A stretch of 64,000 nucleotides of DNA from an uncultured Gemmatimonadales bacterium (GCA_963798085.1 CAWCRS010000007.1:1184001-1248000); one strand, 5' to 3'; positions 1-11,995 are shown, numbered from the stretch's first letter. Made by a program: numbers and translations. The notes: generated by a model not told the origin, from the letters alone.

Positions 1-998
1 AAATAGTAGGAATTGCCGCGCTGGAACCAGTCGCTGGCGTAGAAACGACGCTCGGCCAGTGCCTCACCCGCAGCGTGTGCCACACCGACATACCCGAGCA
101 CCACCGCGAGGCCTGCCGCAACCGGGAACAACGGCAGCCATACGAGCAGCGCCGGAATGCCAATGATCGAGATGCACAGCGCAATGATTCCCAGAATGAA
201 CGCCGGGATCACGAGGAACGAGGCAGCCAGGCCCACCAGCATCGAGCGCGTCGTCGCGTTGCGTGCCGTGTCGGCTACGCCTTCAATGTAGCGACGCCCG
301 CCGAAGAAGATCGTGGCGAAGGACAGCGCGAAGAAAATCCCGTACATCAGCGCTACTTTCATGATGCCCGACAGGCCCGCAAAGAAATGGCGCAGCGGTG
401 ACCGGAACCAGCCGCCACGGTCGCGGTCGACCTGCACGCGTATCGGGATGTCCAGTTTTTCCGCTTTCAGCTCCTCGACCTGCGCGCGCAGCTCGCTGAT
501 ACGGTCGACCAGCCGGTCGACGCTGTCACCGATCTGCGCGCCGCCCTCGACGCTGCCCGCTGTCGCGTCTGCCGGGATGACTTCGCCCGGTTGCGCCAGC
601 AGTGCTTCGTCGAGCCGGGCGTCCAGGGCCGAACCTTCCGGAGCTTTCCACTGCACCAGCATGCGCGCCAGGCGCTCACTCGGTGCTTCCATGGCGGCGT
701 TCAGCAGCTCGCGCCAGGAACGGTCCAGCTCGCCGCCGCGCGGCGCAGCGCCCACCTCATCGTCGTCCACGTAGGCATGGCCGTCATGCACCGCGAACTC
801 GCTGTGCTTTCCGCCAGCCAGTTCCAGATCCAGCTTCGCTTCGTCACGCGAGAGCGAAATCTCGCTCGAGACAATGCGCCGGAATTCCTGGCCGGCCGGG
901 CGTGTCTGCCGGCGCTGCGCCAGGGCGGGCAGCGCGGCCACTGCCAGCAGTGCTGTCGTTACCAGCAGGAGGCGGCCCTCAGAACGTGTAGGAAACAT
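1..998 (-). CDS. Membrane protein with signal peptide, periplasmic region, coiled coil and multi-TM C-terminal domain; truncated by window edge
   Basis: Manual translation from ATG at 998 (MFPTRSEGRLLLVTTALLAVAALPALAQ...DRLVDRISELRAQVEELK...ILGIIALCISIIGIPALLVWLP), open to position 1; start overlaps anti-sigma 3' end; absent from ORF track because there is no stop in the window. Confidence 0.8.
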   Translation of the reverse strand, partial: MFPTRSEGRLLLVTTALLAVAALPALAQRRQTRPAGQEFRRIVSSEISLSRDEAKLDLELAGGKHSEFAVHDGHAYVDDDEVGAAPRGGELDRSWRELLNAAMEAPSERLARMLVQWKAPEGSALDARLDEALLAQPGEVIPADATAGSVEGGAQIGDSVDRLVDRISELRAQVEELKAEKLDIPIRVQVDRDRGGWFRSPLRHFFAGLSGIMKVALMYGIFFALSFATIFFGGRRYIEGVADTARNATTRSMLVGLAASFLVIPAFILGIIALCISIIGIPALLVWLPLFPVAAGLAVVLGYVGVAHAAGEALAERRFYASDWFQRGNSYY

Positions 999-1653
999 AG
1001 GTCGATCCCCGGTTGGGAGTGCGGAAGAGATTTCTGTACAGCACCCAGGCCGAAACAAGAAGTACCGCCGCCACACTGGCGGCGAGAACGCCCGCGCCCC
1101 GCATGCCCGCCGATCCCAGGAAGGATGTGACGGAGCGGATCAACCAGACGGCGACATCCGTGTGCACCAGCCGGTTGGCAGTGCCCGAAGCCACCTGATT
1201 GGCGCCGGTCGCGAACAAATCGGTCGAGAAGACCCACAGCCGGTATGCCGTGAGGTAGGATCGTGAAAGCAGCCAGAACGCCAGCGTTCCAATGGCGAGC
1301 ACCGGCATCGACAGCAGCGCCACCGCCAGCGCCCATCCCGGCGTGGTGTGGGGCAGCAGCCGGCCGAACCAGCCGAAAGACTGCTCGGCCCGGCGGAACC
1401 AGTCGCGAGCACCGCCCGTCGCCGGTTCCGGGACATGCACGTGAGCCATCACGCGATCCGCGAAGCCTGGCGCCGGAGAGAACGACGGCAGCGCGGACAG
1501 CGAGGCGAAAAGCGCCTTCCAGTCGGCGATTTCGGCACGGCACCGGCCACAGGCATGAACGTGGGACTCAATGTCAGCGCGCTCGCTCCGGGGAAGCGAA
1601 CCGTCGCTGAAGGCCTCGAGTCTCTCGTCCGTAGGGTGTGTCGTTTCCTGCAT
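979..1653 (-). CDS. Zinc-binding anti-sigma factor (zf-HC2/ZAS) with transmembrane segments
   Basis: MQETTHPTDERLEAFSDGSL...HVHACGRC (HxxxCxxC), hydrophobic C-terminal helices, directly downstream of ECF sigma. Confidence 0.9.
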   Translation of the reverse strand: MQETTHPTDERLEAFSDGSLPRSERADIESHVHACGRCRAEIADWKALFASLSALPSFSPAPGFADRVMAHVHVPEPATGGARDWFRRAEQSFGWFGRLLPHTTPGWALAVALLSMPVLAIGTLAFWLLSRSYLTAYRLWVFSTDLFATGANQVASGTANRLVHTDVAVWLIRSVTSFLGSAGMRGAGVLAASVAAVLLVSAWVLYRNLFRTPNRGSTYVSYTF

Positions 1654-1709
1654 GTTCCGTCGGTCTCCCGTTTGGCTGGATCCCTTACGCGGGCGCGTGG
1701 GCCCGGGTT

Positions 1710-2301
1710 TCAACAGCGCAAGTGGGCGAGGTGCTTGCGCAACTCGTTCCTCGCCCGATGGATGTACGTCTTCACCGTACCGAGTGGCACGTCCATGATC
1801 TGCGCCACTTCCTCGTACGGCCGGCCTTCCACGTGACACAGCAGAATCGCAGTCCGATACTCCGTCCGAAGCTTGCCGATCGCCCGCTCAATGTGGCCCC
1901 CGATCTCTCTGCTCGAATGCGAAGTCTTCAGGCGTCTCATCGCCGGAGACAGGCGTCAGAACGGTCGCCTCCACCTCGTCCGCGGTGGATGCATGCGGCG
2001 AGCCGTGTATGGACAGCGTCTCGACCTGCTTGCGGCGCAGATCATCGAGCGCTGTGTTGTGCGCGATCTTGAAGATCCAGGAACTGAATTTGTAGCTGGG
2101 GTCGTAGCGGTCCAGCGCATTGAGGACCTTGATGAAGGTTTCCTGCGAGAGGTCTTCGGCTCGCTCCCGATCACGGACCAGTCTGTAAATGAGGGAGAAC
2201 ACCGGACGCTCGTAGCGCCGGATAAGTTCCCGGAAAGCGCTCTCCCGACCCTGGCGAGCCCGCTCGACGACTTCCTGGTCTGACAGCTTGCTGTGGTCCA
2301 C
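1710..2301 (-). CDS. ECF RNA polymerase sigma factor (SigW-like), +1 frameshift near 1916 (likely sequence error)
   Basis: Region 2 (AEDLSQETFIKV, FSSWIFKIAHNTALD) in ORF 1888..2301 and region 4 (YEEVAQIMDVPLGTVKTYIHRAR) in ORF 1710..1940; removing one base joins them. Confidence 0.9.
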
Positions 2302-2349
2302 TTCTCCGCGGTCGAAGTGGGATGTCGGCTCGTGCCGGCACAGGGGTCA

Positions 2350-2376
2350 TACGACCCCTCCCGTCCCGCGGTTTCA
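2350..2376 (-). promoter_or_regulatory. Putative ECF (SigW-type) autoregulatory promoter TGAAAC-N17-CGTA
   Basis: Minus strand TGAAAC (2376-2371) and CGTA (2353-2350), about 50 nt upstream of the sigma gene; resembles B. subtilis SigW consensus. Confidence 0.65.
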
Positions 2377-2466
2377 GGACGGCTTGCCGGCGATTCCACG
2401 AGTGGAATACGTTGCCGCCGCCGGAGCCTTCACGGCAATCTGCTTCTGCTTCAGGAACTTGCAAGG

Positions 2467-3267
2467 ATGCGCACAGACCTACCGGAAGACCGGCTCGAGG
2501 CTGTGGACGACGTCGGGCGGCTCGCCGGCAGAGCGGCACGCGAAGCCGTTCGTGCGCCCACACCAGCCCAGAAGGCTGCCGCCATCCAGCGCATGTTCTC
2601 GCTCGTGGCGCCCCGCTACGATCTGCTGAACCACTTGCTCAGCCTGAACATCGACAAACGCTGGCGCCGCATGGCCGTGGACCGGTTGCTGGAAAACTGC
2701 GCGCCATCCGCGACAGTTCTCGATTCCTGCGCCGGCACACTCGACCTCGCCGTCGAGCTGGCGCAGCGGCCCGTGTTCCGGGGCCGCGTCGTCGCCTGCG
2801 ATTTTGCGCTCCCCATGCTGCAGCGCGGCCAGTCCAAGATCGCCGGCCTGCGCGTGGATGTGGCCTGCAGCAATGCGCTCCGCTTGCCGCTGCGCGCGGG
2901 CTCGGCGGGCGGCGCGCTTATCGGCTTCGGCCTGCGCAATCTGGCGACCGTTGCGGACGGGCTCAGCGAATTCCGACGTGTGCTGGCGCCCGGCGCCCCT
3001 CTCGTGATCCTCGAGTTCCGCACGCCGTCGAGGCAGCCGCTGCGCGCCGCCTACCTCTTCTACTTCAGGCGCCTCCTGCCGCTCCTGGGAAGGGCGATAT
3101 CCGGGCACGGCAGCGCCTACCGCTACCTGCCGGAATCCGTGCTCGATTTTCCGGAGCCCCACGATCTGGCCGATCGCATGGCGGCGGCCGGGTTCAGGGA
3201 TGTGCGCTGGCAGGATCTGTCCGGCGGCATTGCCGCTGTGCACTGGGGAATCGCCGCTGACACCTGA
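2467..3267 (+). CDS. menG: Demethylmenaquinone methyltransferase (UbiE/MenG family)
   Basis: MFSLVAPRYDLLNHLLSLNIDKRWRR, VLDSCAGTLD, FGLRN, AYRYLPESV motifs; start codon uncertain. Confidence 0.9.
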   Translation: MRTDLPEDRLEAVDDVGRLAGRAAREAVRAPTPAQKAAAIQRMFSLVAPRYDLLNHLLSLNIDKRWRRMAVDRLLENCAPSATVLDSCAGTLDLAVELAQRPVFRGRVVACDFALPMLQRGQSKIAGLRVDVACSNALRLPLRAGSAGGALIGFGLRNLATVADGLSEFRRVLAPGAPLVILEFRTPSRQPLRAAYLFYFRRLLPLLGRAISGHGSAYRYLPESVLDFPEPHDLADRMAAAGFRDVRWQDLSGGIAAVHWGIAADT

Positions 3268-3297
3268 GCGATAGCGTGTGAGACCAGCGCGTTCGCG

Positions 3298-5223
<1,926 letters not shown>

Positions 5224-5317
5224 GGCCCCGGCGCTGGGTGACGGTGCTGAACATGGGTGCGGTGCAAGATGGAGATGCGGCCTTCCCTGCGACAGCGCAC
5301 GCGCTGCGCAAAGAACT

Positions 5318-5347
5318 GGCGCCCGGGTGAGTTTGCACCCGGGCGCC
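5318..5347 (-). terminator. Hairpin downstream of ompA-family gene, probable intrinsic terminator
   Basis: 12-bp perfect stem GGCGCCCGGGTG/CACCCGGGCGCC followed on minus strand by AGTTCTTT. Confidence 0.55.
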
Positions 5348-5416
5348 TGTGGCACCCCGCGGCCGTCGGAAGGAGCACATAAGCCGGGGATGCCCCGTAC
5401 ACTCAATCGTCAGGTT

Positions 5417-6094
5417 TCAGCCGCCGTTCTTGCGTAGCAGCGCCTTGCGATAATCGTCGCTCGCGTAGATGGCCACCTCGACGCGACGATTCTGCTGGCG
5501 GCCCTCGTCCGTGGCGTTGTCTGCAACCGGTTCGGTCTCGCCACGGCCCGCCGTCTGGATGCGCGCGCGGTTCACCCCCTCGCCGCCCAGGAATGCTGCG
5601 GCCGATTCCGCCCGCCGCTGCGACAGATCGCGGTTGTATGAGGCCGCGCCAATGGAATCCGTGTGGCCGACGATCATCACGTCCGTGTTGGGATGCTGAC
5701 TCAGACTCTTCGCGAGATTGTCCAGATTGGTGCGGGCGTTGCCCTCTATGACGTCAGAGTCGAACGCGAACATGAGTCCTGAATCGAAGGTCACCAGGAT
5801 GCCTTCGCCCACGCGTTCGACCTTCGCATTCGGAATTTCGGCCGCCAGCTCGGCGGCCTGCTTGTCCATCTGCGCGCCGATCAGCGCGCCGGCCGTGCCG
5901 CCGATGACTGCACCGATGATGGCGCCCTTGGCCGTGGATCCCGCGGCCTTGCCGATGGCGCCACCGACGACCGCGCCACCGCCCGCGCCGATCACGGCGC
6001 CCTTCTGTGTCTTCGACATCGAGGCGCAGGCGGCGAACCCGACGGGCGCAGCCAGAAGCAGCGCCCAGGCTGCTGCACGATCGACTCGTCTCAT
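5417..6094 (-). CDS. OmpA-family lipoprotein with glycine zipper (YiaD-like)
   Basis: Lipobox FAAC, GAVIGAGGGAVVGGAIG zipper, GHTDSIG...NRDLSQRRA...NRRVEV. Confidence 0.93.
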   Translation of the reverse strand: MRRVDRAAAWALLLAAPVGFAACASMSKTQKGAVIGAGGGAVVGGAIGKAAGSTAKGAIIGAVIGGTAGALIGAQMDKQAAELAAEIPNAKVERVGEGILVTFDSGLMFAFDSDVIEGNARTNLDNLAKSLSQHPNTDVMIVGHTDSIGAASYNRDLSQRRAESAAAFLGGEGVNRARIQTAGRGETEPVADNATDEGRQQNRRVEVAIYASDDYRKALLRKNGG

Positions 6095-6158
6095 ATGACT
6101 CTCTCTCCCCTCGAATGGACTGCGTCTTTTCGGTCCGTCCTGCACCGTTCTGCGGGAG

Positions 6159-6173
6159 GCAAGGGCAATGCCA
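6159..6173 (-). promoter_or_regulatory. Putative sigma-54 (-24/-12) promoter for the ompA-family gene
   Basis: Minus strand TGGCATTGCCCTTGC, exact GG-N10-GC spacing, about 65 nt upstream of ATG. Confidence 0.5.
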
Positions 6174-6351
6174 TGGCTAGGGGCATCGTCGCGGAAGATA
6201 TTGTATGGCAGGAGGATGTGGAATCCGTCGCGAGCCGGTCCAGGGGCACGGAAGACTGACCTGTCCACCGGCGTGAACGGCCGTCCCGTCCGGGCGTGGG
6301 GACAGAGCGAAGCGTAGATTGCGCCGGTCGAACCACCCACCAAAGCAGGCA

Positions 6352-7713
6352 ATGAACATGAGAATCGCCGCACTCGTGGTACTGCTGGCCGCAACGACGG
6401 CAGCGCCCCTGACGGCCCAGGAGCGGCCGCTGGGCACGGAGCGTGAGCAGGCCGCGATCCGCCAGGGCTGGGTGCGTGACCGACTCGACCGAGTGCTGCC
6501 TCGCCTGATGCGTGAGCAGGGCGTGGACATGTGGATCCTGCCGGTCCGCGAGTACAACGAGGATCCCGTGTTCTGGTCGATCGTCTCACCGACAACGATG
6601 GCTGCACGACGACGCACCATCTACGTCTTCTTCGATCGCGGGCCGCAGCATGGTGTCGAGCGACTTGCCATTGGCGGCACCTCGCAAGGCGATCTGTTCC
6701 GTGTGATACGCGAAGCAAGCGCAGCCATCGGCACGGCGGGCACCAGCCGGCGCCCGGCCGAGCCGTACGGCCCCGAGCAGTGGCAGCTGCTGGCGGACAT
6801 CGTGAACGAACGGAATCCCAGGACCATCGCACTGGATGCTTCCGCGACGCACGCATTCTCCGACGGTCTCACCGTGGGTGAATACGAAGCGCTGCAGGCG
6901 GCGCTCGGGCCGGCCTGGTCGAGCCGGTTCGTGCGCCGCGAGCTGCTGGCTCTCGAATACATCGAAGAGCGCATCCCGGAGATGCTGCCCCAGTACCGCC
7001 GCATGATGCAGCGGGTGCACGAGATCATTGCCACCGCGTTTTCCGCGCAGGTCATTACGCCCGGCCGTACCACAACGGATGACGTGGTGTGGTGGTTGCG
7101 GCAGCGGGTGACCGATCTGGGCCTGGGCACATGGTTCCATCCCTCTGTCAATGTGCAGCGGCGGGGCGTGGAGATGGGCGACTCCGCGAGTCCTGTCATC
7201 CAGCGTGGCGATGTGCTGCACTGCGACTTCGGCATCACGGCGCTGGGGCTCAACACGGATACGCAGCACATGGGCTACGTGCTGCGCGCGGGCGAGACGG
7301 ATGCGCCGGCCGGTTTACGGGCGGCGCTGCAGCGCGGCAACCGCCTGCAGGATCTGCTGCTCGCGGAGATGCAGCCCGGGCGCACCGGTAATGAGGTGTT
7401 AAGCCGCACACTGCAGCGCATGCGCAGCGAGAAGATCGATGGCAGCATCTACACGCACCCGATCGGCGACAACGGCCATGGCGCCGGGCCGCTCATCGGG
7501 CTCTGGGATCGCCAGAATGGGGTGCCCGGCCGGGGCGAGGTGAAGTTGCGTGCCAACACGTGGTTCTCCATCGAGCTGCAGGCGACGGCACCGGTTGCCG
7601 AATGGGATGGTCAGGCTGTGCGCATGGCGCTGGAGGAAGATGCCGCGCTGAATGAACGCGGTGAGAGGCAGTGGGTACTTCGTCGCCAGGAGCAGTTTCA
7701 CCTGGTCCATTGA
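6352..7713 (+). CDS. Secreted M24-family (Xaa-Pro aminopeptidase-like) metallopeptidase
   Basis: Signal peptide; HCDFG, NTDTQH, THPIG..GHG, FSIE, LEED metal-ligand pattern. Confidence 0.85.
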   Translation: MNMRIAALVVLLAATTAAPLTAQERPLGTEREQAAIRQGWVRDRLDRVLPRLMREQGVDMWILPVREYNEDPVFWSIVSPTTMAARRRTIYVFFDRGPQHGVERLAIGGTSQGDLFRVIREASAAIGTAGTSRRPAEPYGPEQWQLLADIVNERNPRTIALDASATHAFSDGLTVGEYEALQAALGPAWSSRFVRRELLALEYIEERIPEMLPQYRRMMQRVHEIIATAFSAQVITPGRTTTDDVVWWLRQRVTDLGLGTWFHPSVNVQRRGVEMGDSASPVIQRGDVLHCDFGITALGLNTDTQHMGYVLRAGETDAPAGLRAALQRGNRLQDLLLAEMQPGRTGNEVLSRTLQRMRSEKIDGSIYTHPIGDNGHGAGPLIGLWDRQNGVPGRGEVKLRANTWFSIELQATAPVAEWDGQAVRMALEEDAALNERGERQWVLRRQEQFHLVH

Positions 7714-7718
7714 GGCGG

Positions 7719-8240
7719 ATGGCTTTTACCACGACAGCAGAGCGGCCAGGGCAGGGGTCCACGAGGGCGGGCCGCAGCGTGCTGGTGGTCGGACTGCTCC
7801 TTGTCAGTGCCGGGTGCCGTGATGCGCCTGCGCGAACCGCCGCCTCCAGTCCGCCGCCGCCACCCGCCGCGGCTGCCACCCGAGTGACAGCCAGCACCAC
7901 CCCGCGGGCGCCGGCCTCGCCGGTCACGCAACCCGTGCTGGCGGTGCAGGCACTCTCCGACGCGAAGCAGGTCACGGTGAGACTGTCCGAGTTCCATGTA
8001 GCGCTTTCCCGCGACACACTGCGCGATGGCAATACAGCATTCGTGGTGCAGAATGCGGGTCAGCGAGAGCACAGCGTGCTGATACGCGGCGACAATGGCA
8101 TGCGCTGGCGCTCGGCCAGGATGGCGCCAGGAGCGAGCGTCACCATGAGAATGCCGCTGCCGCCGGGTCGCTACACCATCTCGAGCACGGATTCGGTCTA
8201 CACGGGCCGCGGCATGCACGCTTCTCTGATCGTTCGCTGA
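7719..8240 (+). CDS. Lipoprotein with Pro/Ala linker and cupredoxin-like C-terminal domain
   Basis: Lipobox VSAGC; VTVRLSEF...FVVQNAGQREH...PGRY...GMHASLIV. Confidence 0.7.
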   Translation: MAFTTTAERPGQGSTRAGRSVLVVGLLLVSAGCRDAPARTAASSPPPPPAAAATRVTASTTPRAPASPVTQPVLAVQALSDAKQVTVRLSEFHVALSRDTLRDGNTAFVVQNAGQREHSVLIRGDNGMRWRSARMAPGASVTMRMPLPPGRYTISSTDSVYTGRGMHASLIVR

Positions 8241-8244
8241 GCGT

Positions 8245-9120
8245 ATGAGCTACGCAACACATGATGCTGGCGAACGACTCGCGCTGGCTGCGCGGGCCGC
8301 GCGTGCAGCCGGCGAGGGCATCATGCAGCGCTACGGTGAGACGGAGCACGAGACGAAGGCGGGGGGCTCGCCGGTCACGGAAGCGGATCTGGAGGCCAAT
8401 GCGCTGCTGGTGAAGGCTTTGCGCGAGGCCTGGCCGGAAGAGCCGGTGCTCGCGGAGGAATCCGCGGATAACCCGGCCCGTCTGATGGCGGACCGGCTGT
8501 GGGTGGTGGACCCGCTGGACGGAACGAAGGAGTTCCTGGCGCGCAACGGGGAGTTCTCCGTCATGGTGGGGTGGGTGCTCCACGGCGAGCCAATGGTGGG
8601 TGTGGTCTACCTTCCGGCCCGGCGGTTGCTGTACGGAGCGGCCCGCGGTGGTGGTGCCTGGGTGGAGGAGGACGGCGGCACACGCCGGCCCCTGCATGCC
8701 GTACCGGCCCACATGCGGTCGCTGCGCATGGTGGGTTCGCGGTCCCATCCGGATGCGCTGCTGGCGCGCATGAAGCAGGCGCTGGGTGTGGAGGACGTGA
8801 AGCCGTCCGGCTCGGTGGGCATCAAGTGTGCGCGCATCGCCGAGGGCGAGCGCGATCTCTACATCCACCCGGTGCCGTACCTGAAGGAGTGGGACACGTG
8901 CGCGCCGGAAGTGTTGCTGCGCGAAGCGGGTGGGTCCGTGTCGGATTGTCTGGGTGAACCCCTGCGCTACAACAAGAGGGTACCGTCGCAGCCGCACGGC
9001 ATTGTGGCGTGCGGACCGGGCCTGCTGGAAGGCGTAATGGAACGCATTCGTCCGCTGTATCGTGCCGCGCTGCTCGAGCGTGGTGCAGCAGCGGGACCAG
9101 AGAGCGGAACGAGGGCATGA
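8245..9120 (+). CDS. cysQ: 3'(2'),5'-bisphosphate nucleotidase
   Basis: SPVTEAD, LAEES, WVVDPLDGTKEF, SRSH, EWDTCA; adjacent to cysC and sat. Confidence 0.93.
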   Translation: MSYATHDAGERLALAARAARAAGEGIMQRYGETEHETKAGGSPVTEADLEANALLVKALREAWPEEPVLAEESADNPARLMADRLWVVDPLDGTKEFLARNGEFSVMVGWVLHGEPMVGVVYLPARRLLYGAARGGGAWVEEDGGTRRPLHAVPAHMRSLRMVGSRSHPDALLARMKQALGVEDVKPSGSVGIKCARIAEGERDLYIHPVPYLKEWDTCAPEVLLREAGGSVSDCLGEPLRYNKRVPSQPHGIVACGPGLLEGVMERIRPLYRAALLERGAAAGPESGTRA

Positions 9121-9749
9121 AACCGAAGAGCGAGAATATTTTCTGGGAACATGGTCAGATCACGCGCGGCGATCGCGAGCGGCGCAATGAACACAAGGGT
9201 GCCACGCTGTGGTTCACGGGACTTTCCGGATCGGGCAAGAGCACGCTGGCGCAGCTGCTGGAGCAGGCGCTGTTCGCGCGCGGCTGCCAGGTCTACGTGC
9301 TGGATGGCGACAATATCCGGCACGGCCTGAATCGCGACCTGGGCTTCAGCCCGAAGGACCGAACGGAGAACATCCGCCGCATAGGTGATGTGGCGAAGCT
9401 GTTCACCGAGGCGGGTGTCATTGCCATCACCGCCTTCATCTCGCCGTACCGTGCCGACCGGGACATGGTGCGCGCCCAGATGCGCGGCGGCGATTTCATC
9501 GAAGTCTTCGTCGACTGCTCGCTGGACGTGTGCGAGTCGCGCGATCCGAAGGGGCTCTACCAGAAGGCGAGAGCCGGGCAGATCCCCGAGTTCACCGGTA
9601 TCTCAGCGCCCTACGAGGCGCCGGAAAAGCCGGAGCTGGTGCTGCACACGGACCATGCGACGCCACAGGAGTGTGTCGAGCAGCTGCTCGCGTACCTCGA
9701 GGCCAACGGCTATTTCGCCGCGGCCCCGGACCTGACGTCGCGGGTCTGA
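9117..9749 (+). CDS. cysC: Adenylyl-sulfate kinase
   Basis: [42 protein letters not shown] overlap with cysQ. Confidence 0.97.
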   Translation: MKPKSENIFWEHGQITRGDRERRNEHKGATLWFTGLSGSGKSTLAQLLEQALFARGCQVYVLDGDNIRHGLNRDLGFSPKDRTENIRRIGDVAKLFTEAGVIAITAFISPYRADRDMVRAQMRGGDFIEVFVDCSLDVCESRDPKGLYQKARAGQIPEFTGISAPYEAPEKPELVLHTDHATPQECVEQLLAYLEANGYFAAAPDLTSRV

Positions 9750-9795
9750 AGCCGGCCTTCATTCGCAGACTGATTCCCCGAACGAGAAGACAGAA

Positions 9796-10960
9796 ATGCC
9801 CATCGCAGCCTTACGGCGGAACCCTGATCGATCGCACGACGAATGCGGCGACGGCGACGGCGCTGCGCACGCGCGCGGCCACGCTGCCCCGCATTCCCGT
9901 GAGCAGTCACACGCTGTCGGACCTCTACCTCATCGCCGTGGGCGGTTACAGTCCGCTGCAGGGCTTCATGGGGCAGGCCGACTACCGCAGTGTGCTCGAT
10001 AACATGACGTTAACCAGCGGGCTGCCCTGGAGCGTGCCCATCACCCTGGCGGTGAATGACGCGGAGGCCGCGTCGCTGACGGTGGGCGGCGAGGCCGCGT
10101 TGATCGCACCCAATGGCGAGGTGGCCGCGCTGGTCGAGGTGGAGGAGATCTACGGCTGGGACCGGGACCGCGAAGCGGCGCTGGTCTACGGCACGAGCGA
10201 CCGCGCGCACCCGGGCGTGGCCAAGCTGGACACCATGGGTGACCATCTGGTGGCCGGCCCCATCACCTGGATCTACCCGCACGACATCAGCGGCTTCCCC
10301 GCGCACAATCTGACGCCGGCGCAGACGCGAGCGGAATTCACGCGTCGCGGCTGGCAGACCGTCGTCGCATTCCAGACACGCAATCCGGTGCACCGGGCGC
10401 ACGAGTACCTGCAGAAGTGCGCCATGGAAATCGTGGACGGACTGCTGCTGCACCCGCTGGTGGGCGACACGAAGTCGGACGACATTCCCGCCGACGTGCG
10501 TATGCGCTGCTACGACGTGATCCTGGAGCACTACTATCCGCAGGGCCGCGTGGTGCTCTCGGTGCTGCCCGCCGCCATGCGTTATGCCGGGCCACGGGAA
10601 GCAATTTTCCACGCCATCATGCGGCGCAACTACGGTTGCACGCACTTCATCGTGGGGCGCGATCATGCCGGGGTGGGCAACTACTACGGCACCTACGCGG
10701 CACAGGAGATCTTCGACACGGTGGATCTGGCGCAGCTGGGCATTGTGCCGCTCAAGTTCGAGCACGCCTTCTTCTGCACGAAGTGCGGCCAAATGGTGTC
10801 AAGCAAGACGTGCCCGCACGGCAAGGAGAATCACGTACACCTGTCAGGCACGAAGGTACGCGAGCTGCTGTCGCGGGGCGAGCGTCCGCCCGCGGAGTTC
10901 TCGCGTCCGGAGGTAGCTGACGTGCTGATGGAAGCGTACGCGGAGCCGCAGAGCGCCTGA
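9796..10960 (+). CDS. sat: Sulfate adenylyltransferase; +1 frameshift within first codons (likely sequence error)
   Basis: [44 protein letters not shown] at 9796 is one base out of frame with the gene body. Confidence 0.93.
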
Positions 10961-10975
10961 CAAGCTGTTAGGGGC

Positions 10976-11003
10976 CCCGGAGCAGGGCGCGGCCTGCTCC
11001 GGG
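10976..11003. terminator. Hairpin between convergent sat and EamA genes
   Basis: 11-bp perfect stem CCCGGAGCAGG/CCTGCTCCGGG; no U-tract. Confidence 0.45.
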
Positions 11004-11011
11004 CGCGCGGC

Positions 11012-11995
11012 TCAGCGGCGTTCCAGGCGGCGCAGCTGCGCTTCGCGGAACGACTCGAGCGCGTACCCCCCGGCCACACCACCCACCACCAGCAGCAATC
11101 CCAGCCAGCCGGCCAGCGTGAGACGTTGCCCGAACAGCAGCAGCGCCAGCAATGCGCCCACCACGGGCTCGATGCTGGCGGCAACGGCGGTGGGTGCGGC
11201 ATCAATGCGCCGCACGGCGGCAAAGAAGAAGAAGTTCGCGCCCAGCACTGCGCCAGCGCCCAGTGCGATAATGTAGACCCAGCCGGCAGCCGTACCGGGC
11301 TGCTGGGGCACGTGTCCGGTGATTGGCAGCAGCAGCCCGAGCACCAGGGTGCCGCCCACCAGTTCGAGGAACAGCACACGCCTCGAGCCGTAACGCGGCA
11401 CCGCGTACCTCGCCATCAGCGTCGAACCTGCATAGCTCACTGCCGCGAGCAGCCCGGCAACAATGCCGACGACGCGGCCGCGACCGCCGGCCGCGACCTG
11501 GACGGCGTCGTCAATGACCGATCCGTTCACGGTCAGCCATACGCCCACCATGACGATCAGCGCCATGAACAGACGCGCAGGCGTGAGTGCTTCCCTGAGC
11601 ACCGGCCTCGCCAGTATCGCGACCATGACGGGTGCGGTGTACAGGAGCGCCACCGCCGAGGCGACGCCGACACCCGCAAGGGCGAACTGGAAGGCCACCT
11701 CGAAAATGGCGACGAGCACGCCGCCCAGCAGCAGAACCAGCAGCAGTGCCGTGCGGTCGGCGCGGAACAGCGGCCGCCAGGCAATGATTCCGTAGAGCGC
11801 GAAGACAATGGTAGCGATCAGCACGCGCCAGAAACCGACGTCGGTGAGCTGAGCGCCTTCGGCGTAGAGTGCCGTGCTCAGCGGTCCGGTCGTGCCCCAG
11901 AGAGCGCCCGCGCACAGCGCGAAGACAAATCCGCCCAGGACCGGAGAATGCGCGGCAGCGGGGCCACTGCGCGGCGTCACCTTTTCTGTTGCCAT
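11012..11995 (-). CDS. DMT/EamA family transporter
   Basis: About 10 TM helices, LWGT, LLYTAPV, IEPVVG, FGQRLT. Confidence 0.9.
   Translation of the reverse strand: MATEKVTPRSGPAAAHSPVLGGFVFALCAGALWGTTGPLSTALYAEGAQLTDVGFWRVLIATIVFALYGIIAWRPLFRADRTALLLVLLLGGVLVAIFEVAFQFALAGVGVASAVALLYTAPVMVAILARPVLREALTPARLFMALIVMVGVWLTVNGSVIDDAVQVAAGGRGRVVGIVAGLLAAVSYAGSTLMARYAVPRYGSRRVLFLELVGGTLVLGLLLPITGHVPQQPGTAAGWVYIIALGAGAVLGANFFFFAAVRRIDAAPTAVAASIEPVVGALLALLLFGQRLTLAGWLGLLLVVGGVAGGYALESFREAQLRRLERR

Noticed and set aside
1710..2301. Pseudogene or programmed frameshift in the ECF sigma
   Set aside because: No slippery heptamer or decay; same CATCG->CATTCG signature as in the UbiA-like gene
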